Source: Euprymna scolopes
Lineage: Eukaryota
Direction: 5' to 3' (one strand)
Assembly (NCBI GenBank): GCA_053919585.1
Contig: CM132793.1
Length of the DNA: 64,000 bases
Part shown: positions 53,821 to 64,000 of the stretch, piece by piece
Layout of the letters: every line of letters begins with the position of its first letter
Numbering within the stretch: position 1 is the first letter of the stretch
The notes under the pieces: generated by a model
What the model saw: the letters and a program-made list of their open reading frames with translations, nothing else
The model's database searches: none
Told to the model about the DNA's origin: nothing
Made by a program: the position numbers and the translations under genes

Positions 53821-53904
53821 AGCCGAGCGAGTCCCTCTTCGTAGGAGTGCCCGCAACAAACAACCACGTCCACCATGCCACATGTGGTTTGGAGACCAGG
53901 GGGG

Positions 53905-54242
53905 TGTAGAGTTGAATATAATAGTCAAAGAAGAAAGCGCCTGCGTTTGTGTATTGTGCGGTTATCCAATTTACCTTCAGATGGAATCAGAGAGAGAGAA
54001 ATAAGATGGCAGTAATGGATTTATAAGGTGTAGTCTCATGGAATATCACGAGATGTCATTTTTCACTGCACACGTATGCAAATGTAATAGGGGCAGTTTT
54101 CTAATAAAATGCCTGATTGGCAGAGACAGTGGGGAAAACACGGGATGGAAGTTGAAAGTTGACAGTGACGAATTCTAGCTGAACTTTTGCTTATCGTATT
54201 TATTTTATTTGGTTTTGCTGTTTACCAGCCCATTTAACTGCA
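53905..54242 (+). repeat. 3' LTR (338 bp)
   Basis: TGTAGAGTTGAAT...CATTTAACTGCA; roughly 85% identical to the 5' LTR by eye. Confidence 0.93.
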
Positions 54243-54725
54243 AAGGTATACAGTATCTGCATAAAGTAAGATATGTTTAAGCGTATTTTACGACTTAGCT
54301 ACGACAGCCGTCCCTGCTAGATTATATAATAGTCGGCTGTGTAATTTTCATAGTTCCCGTTATTTTTTCAGTTCATTATAGTATTTTAACGGAAATTTAT
54401 AGAGCAAATTATAGGCACTATCGTTTGTCTTGTCCCCGTTTCCATTCCTTTCTTTGCTGTTCCTTTCTCTTCTGCCCTTTCTCTTTGCTACCCTTTTCTT
54501 TGGTTTTTTTTTTAGTCTAATTTATCTTTCGTTTACTGTATTGCTCCTATTATCTCTATATCCGTCCGGTTTCTGTTCTAGCAATTATAGTTTACTTACT
54601 GAGGCAATTATTTTTTTTATTTTATTTCTTTTCCTTTTATATATAGTGTTTACTATTTATTTTGTTTTTCTTTAGATCCTTTCTTTGTGTCTTCTTTCGT
54701 GTAACACCTTTTAAACTCATAGGGG

Positions 54726-54775
<50 letters not shown>

Positions 54776-56697
54776 CCCCTATCTTTTTTATTATTGATTA
54801 TTGACTTTGTTTTTTTCGTCTGCTGTCATTTTTTGCGTTTTAAATTTTCTTTTTCCTTTTTCATGCTTTTATTTTTCTGTATCTCTGTCCATAATACATC
54901 CTTCTCTTCTGTATTCATTTTAGTTAATGTATTTCTTTCTTTTTAACTGCTTTTTCCCGCTCTTCTTTTCCCAGCTGTCCCTTTTCGTGGTTTTATTCCC
55001 TCTACCTTTTTATGCTCCTTCCCTCTTTCGTTTACGTCCATTTCTATTTAATTGTATATACAGAACCTATTTTAATCCATCGATCATATTTTATTTTCCC
55101 ATCCATTTCCCCTGTCTCTCTTGTAATTTCATTCGACAGCCTTAGTTAATAATCCTATCCACCAAACCGTACCCAATTTCCTCCCGCACATCTAGCACCA
55201 TCTCTCTCCTTCTTTACTACACTAACCCCCAACTCCCCAGCTTCACCAATTTGTTTCTCCAGTCTTTCCCAAACACGCAGCGTCTAGCTGATTTCTTTAG
55301 ATTCCTACAATTCGATCAAGGCTTGAAATTGATCAGCCGAGAAACACTCAACTTTTTTTTCTTCGATCGACCTATATTTCCTCGGTAATTTTTGTGCAGT
55401 AATTACCCCTTGCCCCCTCTTTAATTTTCCCGCTTCGTCTGCCCCATCTCTTATTTTCTTTTAGTTCTTATTTTGCTCTGCTTTGTATTCAACGGTTTTT
55501 TTCTGTTTATAATTACAATAACAAGCATTTTCCCAGAGAGTTTGTGAAAGCAAGTTCGCTTATTTTCAAGCAGATTTGTTTCAATATAAGCACAGACAAG
55601 TAGAAATCCGTTACTTTTTTTATTTTTTGCTCAATATGTAAAAACGCAATGGGGACATGTTTAGTGGGTTGCACAAGAGACTTGAAGTGAGTTAAATATA
55701 TTACTAAGAAAAGTGGACCTCTACCAGAAATAGAGCGCCTCTTATTTGGGGCGGACTACCCAAAATTTGATTTGTCTATTTAAAAAAAAGTTGGTATAAC
55801 TTTGAACGGTTTTTTTAATACTGAGAGCAACGTACTTTAAAATAATGTCAACCCCCGTAAATAGTTTTTTTAAATTCATAATCCTCAGAAACCCAAACTG
55901 AACCCATTTGCCGAAATCTGATTGACACTCATTTTTGCTTGTGTTCCTTTCTAAGCAGAATGTGCATTGCCTGTGTGATGTGTTGATGTACTTGAAGATT
56001 TCTGATTTGCTAATGTGATTCAAAAGCATCAAAACTGGAATAATTCTTACTGACAAAAGAATGACAGGGTGCTTTGACTTTTAACGGAGTTTCGATGTAA
56101 TTTAGAGAAAAAAATCATTCTTTGCTGACTTTGATTAGACAACGCAATTACACCCGTGACTAGCATCGAAATATAACAAGGATTTTGTGCAAGCACAATA
56201 ATCAGACCTCTTTAGTAAAATATACATGTATATATTCCTCTGTTAAGTCTGAAATGTCTTCGAGTGGATATTAATTCAATTGGCATTGAACGCAAAGTGG
56301 CGTACGTAATCGTCTCTCAAACAAATTAGTGTGAGTACTGGTATTACTCATTGGTACGTGTAAGAGACGATTTGGCACGTGATATCTAGTGAACAGTGAA
56401 AGGGGAATGAAGATAATTGCAATGATCGCTTTCCTAATATGCCGTACGAGATTGGATTGGTGTTAAGTCCAAGGAAGATGCATAATTGTCCATTAGATCA
56501 TATATTGCGAAGAATGTGCATTTAGATGCGATTGACACTATCATTTAGAACTAGCGAACGACTGTTTATTCCACGGTTTAAAACATGCGTAAACGATAAG
56601 CTGAAGTCTCCCGCGTATAGATGTCGAAGCTGAACGGGTTGATGGTTTTTTGAAGGTCATTATTACACACTGAATTCTTGGTTCTAAGTCATTACTA

Positions 56698-56833
56698 GGG
56701 CTCTGACTCTCAAGTATATATCCGACAGTGAGATACAGTTAATCAATCGAGAACAACATCACTCTATCAAAAAACATTAACTGATATATACTCGAGTCAA
56801 AATAATGAAAAGGCTATTCTCCTGTCATAATCC
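56698..56833. mobile_element. MITE, possibly PIF/Harbinger-type; copy 3 of 3 (left TIR partly deleted)
   Basis: Shares the internal ACAGTTAATCAA..GAGAAC..CATCACT and the right end CTCGAGTCAAAATAATGAAAAG with 22674-22832. Confidence 0.65.
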
Positions 56834-57506
56834 TGGTCATTACCTCTTTAGTAACATATCTATGTATATATTCTTTTGCGAACATAGCCTGAAATGTCTC
56901 AAAGTGTATATCAAGAACATTGTTTTAGATTACAAAGATGTCATCTCTTGTAAATAAGGCTATATCTCTAGGCCTAAAGTATCTATGTATTTCATCTGTG
57001 AAATATTTGCATTGTTAAAACTTTTGTGTTGACCGGTTAAGGCTGTGATGTTTCCGTTGGCTTGCGAGAAAAGGTGGAAGTAGTTTTTAATTATTTCCTC
57101 ATCATACCGATGTAGACCATTGTGATAGTTAATGTGACATTTGCATCGTAAATTACGGAATCCCAGAGTATTATCTAGTTCAGTGGGCACTCTTCCACGA
57201 ACCTAAAAGAGCAAGGTATATTAAAGTCGTTTCTAATCTCAGCCTTGGTAAACATCTAATAAACAAATGAACATCACGAATAATTAATCGCAACTAATGT
57301 ATTTTTCATTTCAAACACAAAAACCTCTTATTTCAGCATTACTTACAAAATGATTGAACATGAGAATATCTTGGTTTCCTGAATATATTTATAACAAAGG
57401 CATCAATGTTTGTTATATTCCTAAGTTACTTAACTGACCTACTCTAAATTGAAACAGGAGCATTACTAGGCATAAGTATATTATGTTTCACTCTTATTCT
57501 CTTTAT

Positions 57507-57562
<56 letters not shown>

Positions 57563-58249
57563 GAGAGAGATAACACAAAACAGAACAATGTTCAAATTTC
57601 CCTCTATCAAGAAGAATCTCAAGTTGTGAGACTTAAAATGACAATTGACTCTAATTCTGATTTTTATTTAAATCCATTAAATGATTTTGATTCGAATAAA
57701 TATCTAAGACTTAATCTTAAATATTGAAATTTAGGTAATTATGGCAAATTACTGTCTTTGTAATTTACTCAGATCTAAATTTCTATCTGAAATGAAAAAC
57801 TATGCTTATATGTACAATAAAAATGGTTTACAGTATCCCAAAGGATGTGAAGAGTATCTGAGTTTTCAATGACTGTTTGGTGCTTTGTATTAAACTAAAT
57901 TAATTATAGTATATATTATCTACATTTGTGAATATTAGGTGTTTTAAAATTTGGCAGGGTTCATTTTTGGTTGGGGAAAGGGTAAATGTGCAAATATCTA
58001 AAATTATATACATAGTTAATGGTAGATATCCAGTAAGATACGGCATCGCTAACTTGATGTAAATAAGTCTTATAAATAGTTGACACTATATAGAGAAATG
58101 TTTTTGTGTTTATAAGGAATAAATTCAAGCCAAACGGAAATGATTTTAAACAATTTAATTTACCTTTTAATCCATGTGACAAAACGAGAATGAACAATTG
58201 AGATGAGGAAATCATGAAAATCTTAGAGTATGATGCGTCCATAAGAAAG

Positions 58250-58869
58250 CATAAAATTAAATATTTACATATTTTGTGAGTTCGGTCCTAAACGGCTAAG
58301 TTTTTTTTTAAGTTTGCCATCCTCATAAAGTACATTTGTATAGTCTCAAGGATGAGTTTATATAGAATTACATTTGTGTAGTGTTTTAGAAAGGTTTTAA
58401 TCGAAAGGTCTTCGATAAGTATCGACAATCGAAACATTCGATTAAAGGTAACGCCTTATAAATCCTAAGATCACAAGTGCATATGTGACATTTTAATAGC
58501 ACCCGGGAAAAAGGACCGGCATATAAAATAAACAGGTTCTTTGATATGACAGGAGCGCGTTCGAGATCAACATTAGAGTTTAGAGCACAACTAAAACATG
58601 ATATTTTGCATTTAAAACTTTAATTCAAGCTATTATATAAAATATTTCATAAAATCAACAGTAGGTTATCTGCAGTGCAATGTGGACTTAGTCATTGCAG
58701 AGAGGCATGTCAAGCTTCATCGCGGTGGGTCCCTAACTAGAGCATACACTTAATTGCTTTAATTGAAAAAACGTACGATTTTAACGATTTCGAGGACAGT
58801 AAAGTACGGGAGCGTGAAACCCTCTTTTATCATTCATTCATTTCCGGGCAATATCGGAGTTTTATGCTA

Positions 58870-58870
<1 letters not shown>
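58250..58870 (+). mobile_element. Non-autonomous Helitron-like element (3' end; 5' boundary uncertain)
   Basis: Imperfect hairpin TTCCGGGCAATATCGGAG followed by CTAG|T and (TA)n. Confidence 0.45.
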
Positions 58871-58914
<44 letters not shown>

Positions 58915-58917
<3 letters not shown>

Positions 58918-59018
58918 TGTGTAAGCAAAATCAAGACTTCAAAAAAGGTGTTAATAGCAATAAAAAGTGTATTTCCTTTTGCGTTACAATTGTTCCCACA
59001 ATTGTTGGCTTACATAGT
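58915..59018. mobile_element. Tiny Tc1-like MITE
   Basis: TA|CACTGTGTAAGC ... GCTTACATAGTA|TA inverted ends. Confidence 0.45.
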
Positions 59019-59915
59019 ATATTAATGCTCAATTATGAAATATAATTTTGTAACTTTTTACGTCATCTTTTTGGCATAAAACTTATTGGTATATGGAAAT
59101 TTACTGGATTACATGAACTCAGTATATTACATACAAGGCATATATAATCAATACTGTGTAATAATGCCTTATAGCTACAGTATAAACAAATATTAGTGTA
59201 CACGTTTAATAATCATCTCTTTATCACAGAAGGCATGATTCTATCATTTCTTTATATATCTAGTTAAACATAGAATTATTAAATGTTTACAAACACATAT
59301 GGTTATATAAACATTACTAACATGTCTCTTCTTCCGATTAGACAGCCTCTCGTCCAATCAAAACACATTTTACTAAAGTTAACTGCAATGTTTAAGGCTA
59401 CGCATTACACACTTTGAAATGTATTTTTCTTTTGTCTTGGTTAATTTTATCAATATTTTTTAACTTATTTACTTGTACATAATAAAGTTACGTAGTGTAT
59501 TTGTAATTTTACCGATTTGTAGAATGTTAATAGAAAACCTGGGAGACCGACGCACAAAACATCTAATTGAAAGACGAGGACAAATCGAAAAAAATGGTAA
59601 TTCTGAAATAACTTCAATCTGTGTGTCGCTGCCAATTCTTCCTATGCGCATTACCCGAGGGAACTATAGAAATGAATTAAAAGAAAAAAATTCCAATGAC
59701 ATCTTTCGATTTGGACAAATGTTTATCCTTTGTTTTGAAGGTTTTTATAGTAACGTCTTTGTCTGAATTTGTCGTCTTTATTTGTTCCTTATTAAGATTG
59801 TGCCATTGTTTCTACCCTTTGGCTGTTTTATTTTAAACTCATCTTGATTATTAATCCTCCTATTCCTATTTAACATTCTGGGCTTTGTTTCAATTTCTAA
59901 GCGTACATTCTCTAG

Positions 59916-59917
<2 letters not shown>

Positions 59918-59990
<73 letters not shown>
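59918..59990. repeat. (TA)n microsatellite, the longest of many (also ~14757, 27637, 32785, 33442, 34539, 42913, 43332, 54728, 58873, 60290)
   Basis: Uninterrupted TA dinucleotide run. Confidence 0.97.
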
Positions 59991-59995
<5 letters not shown>

Positions 59996-60278
59996 AATCA
60001 CGTTTACACACCGGTTCTCGTCAGATCACCGAAGTTAAGCAACGTTGAGCCTGGCTAATACCAGATGCGTGACCATTTGAGAATTCTAGGCGCTGTATGT
60101 GCTCTCCGCTTATCTCGGCATTGTTTCGAGTCCTCTTGTACCTCAACTTGCCACGGGTATGCAACAATGTTGACTCAGGAGAGGCGAGGTTGCAGATTGC
60201 GCAACTCTTGCTACACAAATTTCACGCGCAGGCACCCTAGCAGTGGGTATCCATGGTCTGTCAAGACTGAAGGAAGCC

Positions 60279-60290
<12 letters not shown>
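59991..60290 (+). mobile_element. 5S rRNA-derived SINE (SINE3-type), best-preserved copy
   Basis: 59991-60097 closely follows 5S rRNA (CACCGGTTCTCGTCAGATCACCGAAGTTAAGCAACG...GATGCGTGACC), then a ~180-bp non-5S body and (ATTT)n-like tail, flanked by (TA)n. Confidence 0.85.
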
Positions 60291-60341
<51 letters not shown>

Positions 60342-61762
60342 TTAGCGACAATAGAAAATATATACTGGTGTATAAAAATTGAAGTTCAATGAGGAGTAGT
60401 TATAAATTGCTATACGCAATCATTCTTAAGCCTAATACTTTTCATCGGGAGAGGAAGAGCTAGGTTATGTAGTAAGGCATGCGTATCTAGCTTAGAAATA
60501 TAAGCATGGAAATATTTGATAAGAATAGGGGTAACAGAAATGGACTAGGGGTAATATAAGGATGGCACTTTCCCATGATGACCTATGGGATATGAAAGCG
60601 AGAACGAAAGTGAAATTTAAGAAAATAATATGAGCAAGCAAAATGTATCCTACGAAAAGAGGGGATAATGGATATACGCGAATGTTACGAATATCTATGC
60701 ACTAATAAAGATTATGCTCAACAAGAAATAGTGAGCTGAGAGAGGCTATCGATAAAATAACTAGAAAAAAATGTAATCTCTGTCCAACGTACTAAGTTTA
60801 ATAAAGAATAGAAAAAAAAATGTATGGATAATATAAAATCAAATCAAAAATAAAGTAAATATGAAAGTCATAAAGGAAAAATATATGTGCCATTACCAGG
60901 ACATAATTTGTCCCTTCATCTCTTTATTAGTGCAATCGTGTAATCGAACTATTCTATATAGAATTATAAATTAAATTCCTGGTTACTCAATGGTTATATA
61001 TATAATCTAAAATACTAAAGGCATTCTAAAGTAATGCCTCATATTTTTGTTATGGGCTAATGCACCTGACGAGATTGCAAATTGCATTGTTATGATAGCT
61101 GAACTTCAGATATTCATATATATATTATAGACAACACAAGATCACTCACACTACACAAGTCTACCAACAGACAAAAATAATTGCTCAAGTTTCAAAGCTC
61201 CTGTGTATTTAATCACAAGCGTTAACTACCTGCTCACTAAAGATAGAAAATCTATTATCAACAAAAATGTTGCAAGCCACTTTAGCAAGGTTTTAATACA
61301 ACGCTGATTATCATCTGCTTTGATCTTGACTGAGAACCAACTACGCATGTAAAAGCCAGTTGTACGTCATACAGTATAATATTCGTAAGGTTTCCGAACA
61401 ATTGTAACATAAAATAAAACTTAATCAAAAATCTGAATCAATTATACAAAAAAGCACTTAATATCAACAAAACATACTCACTTAATTTGCTCACAGAATA
61501 ACAAGTACAATTTTTAATCTATGAACATTACAATTTCCCCAGAAAATATGGTTAGAATATAATGTAATACCAACAGATACCAACAGTGTCAAGATAAAAA
61601 AAGAACAAATGATTGCTACATATTTAGTGATACTAAAGTCAGAAAAATGTAAAAACCGAGATCATAGCGGCCTCTAACTTAAATTAGAAAATTTATCTAA
61701 AGTATTTGTAAAAATAGCATTACTATACGAATGTCTGACAAGTCTGTCATATATATCATCAT

Positions 61763-62001
61763 AAAAAATGCAGATCACAATATGTAATGGGGACATTTGT
61801 CATTTTTATAACTGAATAAATTACTATTTTTTACATAGATAAAAAATATATAAATATATAAATGATATAAAATTAATATTATATATAATAAATTAAATGC
61901 ATTATATATTAAATTTGTATTTTATATCATTTATGTAAATCATAGTAATTCAGTTATAAAAAGGACAAATGCCCTCATTACACATTGTAATCTGCTTTTT
62001 T
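61763..62001. mobile_element. Palindromic MITE (~240 bp) with ~55-bp inverted arms
   Basis: GCAGATCACAATATGTAATGGGGACATTTGTCATTTTTATAACTGAAT mirrors ATTCAGTTATAAAAAGGACAAATGCCCTCATTACACATTGTAATCTGC. Confidence 0.75.
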
Positions 62002-64000
62002 TAATATTGTAATTCGATAATAAAGACTCGTTTTAAACGTTTCTGAAGAGATAAGACAGAAAAGTGTTCATTTTCTTGGGCTCCAGAAAGTTCAAAGTCG
62101 AATTGTTCCATTGTGGATATTCTAGAAGCTTCCAAATGTACATGACCATGAATAGACGCTAATAGTGTCATAACTACCCTTTATTAAATCAGCTCTAAGG
62201 AAATAGAAGTTTGGGGAGATCTTTCAACTTTTTATGACTGTGACCAATTTTCATAGTATAAAATCCGATCGGCAGAAATTTTCTCGAAACAAGTGTATGG
62301 CAAACACCTACGCAAAAAAACGAACTCTTGGTAAATATTGATTTTCTGATGTTATATTCTGAAGAAGGTAATATATTGTTTTCTTAAAGTAGGCTATTAC
62401 ACCGTGAAAAAAAGCTATTTAAAAAAAACTGATTATCTCCCTTACAATCTTTCTCTTATAAATGTTTCCATTGTTTACCTTTTAATAAATTTTCTTTTAA
62501 ACTCCTAGTTTTTATTTTAAATATGTTGTCTCCTCCTAGACATTACCTTGCACGTAAAATATGCTACAATTAATAAGTCTTTACAATAAAACTAAATTCA
62601 AAATACGGTACTACTGCAATTACGGACTCGATATATGTAAAAGTTCTCTCGGGTTTGCCCGGTACCTAACACAAAAATATGCTGAGCAATCGTCGTCGGA
62701 TATGAATTACAATTTAAAAATATGGAGAACCAATAAAGTATAACGTAAAAACATAACACAAATGTTTCATAACATTTATGGTACCTTTTTAGGTACCATA
62801 AATTTTATGAAACAATTTTGTGTGTTAATAAGTAGAAATTAGCTTCAGAGCTAAATGTGTAGGGAATTAGCGTTAGTTTCTCTAATCAGTAATAGAATAA
62901 GAATCCTCCTCATATTCTCTTCATATTTAGTGTGGCGTTTGCCCCTACATCTTATCTAAGATGCTACCATGCTATGACGTCTGTACAAGCTTGACATAAT
63001 AAAAACTCACTTTTCACGAAAGCTAACACAAAAATCATTCGACTCGTCATGAAGTTTACTTAATTTTCCTCAATCATTTTATTCTGAAGAAACCTCTAGA
63101 AAATGGGAAGGGAACTTTTTTATAATTTTTTAATGCTGTATGTTTTCCTTCCTCCTTCCTATATGTATTGTGTATGTTTCTAAATTACCAGCGATAAATA
63201 TTTAATATTTACCGCTGGTGTTAATGATTACTCAAAGAATTATATAAGATATATCAAGATTTTTTTTCACATAAAAAGAATATTCCAATATGAAAGGACA
63301 TCTATATTTTTATCATGTGAATTATTATTTTATTACATTAGACAGGAGAATTCCTAGATTATACAAAATCATCTCCCTATAGCAATAGATCTATATTTAA
63401 CATTTAAAGCATCTAAACACTGTTTCTGAAATTAAATGATACATTTATAACGTTTTTGCTGCATATACGTTTTAAGACGTATAGGTTGATATAGATTTAA
63501 GATGAATATTTTCGTAAGCTTATCTTTGCAATGTCAGACATCGATGTTTATTTCTTTCTTTTTTTTTGCTTCTTTTTTTCATTCAGAAATTGTTGGAGAA
63601 ATTTCAGGATAATCTTTTGAAGGGAAAACATGAAATATAAATCGGCACTTAAAGACATTACCTTTTTAATTCAATATTGTTGGCATTATTAACAGTAATG
63701 TAAGAACGATTCTTTATTTTTCAGTAGCTCTATCCATTGACTGAGATTGTTCTTTTAACTTTTGACTCAAGTTTACATTTTTTCTGCTATCTGGGGAATA
63801 CGACTGACATACTAAGTGTTCTGCAAAATCTTATAATATAGGGTTATATAACAAACGTTGTCTATCTTTTTACTTTTGACTGGGTTTCCTTGTATTATGC
63901 TTTCGACGCATGATTTGAACTTTCTTAATGTGACCGAATAATCCATAGACTTAACATTTGATCAGTGATTTTTTTTAAAATAGTTTATGATCAATAATGA

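Larger units (their letters stand above)
49962..54242 (+). mobile_element. Gypsy (Ty3) LTR retrotransposon, full-length, pseudogenised
   Basis: Two TG...CA LTRs; purine-rich tract GAGACCAGGGGGG before the 3' LTR; domain order gag-PR-RT-RH-IN. Confidence 0.95.

Noticed and set aside
54430-55145. Hydrophobic F/L-rich ORFs resembling membrane proteins (also 46508-46967, 32622-32855)
   Set aside because: Artefacts of T-rich low-complexity DNA and (TA)n tracts.
55742-57190. Host exon or transposase in minus-strand ORFs
   Set aside because: No recognisable domain motif or convincing splice-bounded exon; may be an old TE remnant.
59991-60097. Functional 5S rRNA gene
   Set aside because: The 5' end is missing, the 3' half has many substitutions, there is no oligo-T terminator, and a body shared with another dispersed copy follows: a SINE head.
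61066-61105. CTGACGA hammerhead core (similarly CTGAAGA at 62043, 62359, 63084)
   Set aside because: No correctly placed GAAA or stems I/III.

Overview
AT-rich animal (eukaryotic) genomic DNA, most likely intronic or intergenic. I found no host protein-coding gene; nearly all ORF-track entries are chance ORFs or broken transposon ORFs. The window is a mosaic of decayed mobile elements: three CR1-group LINE copies (~1650-3305, ~17520-17935, ~29795-31326), a full-length but pseudogenised Gypsy LTR retrotransposon (49962-54242), a Copia gag remnant, Penelope-like element (PLE) remnants with a GIY-YIG domain (~36990-38100), other LINE fragments, non-autonomous Helitron/Helentron-like elements, several MITEs, a 5S rRNA-derived SINE family and many (TA)n microsatellites. 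The most notable signal is RNA-structural. There is an intact minimal hammerhead ribozyme at 21487-21530, directly downstream of a tRNA-T-arm-like hairpin. A ~930 bp foldback carries a hammerhead-like motif in each arm (33469-34395). A family of small palindromic elements is built from inverted hammerhead-like PLE ends (43650-46520). Pol III (5S/tRNA)-derived cassettes also recur inside DNA-transposon-like elements. All family assignments come from motif recognition by eye without database searches, and most boundaries are approximate.
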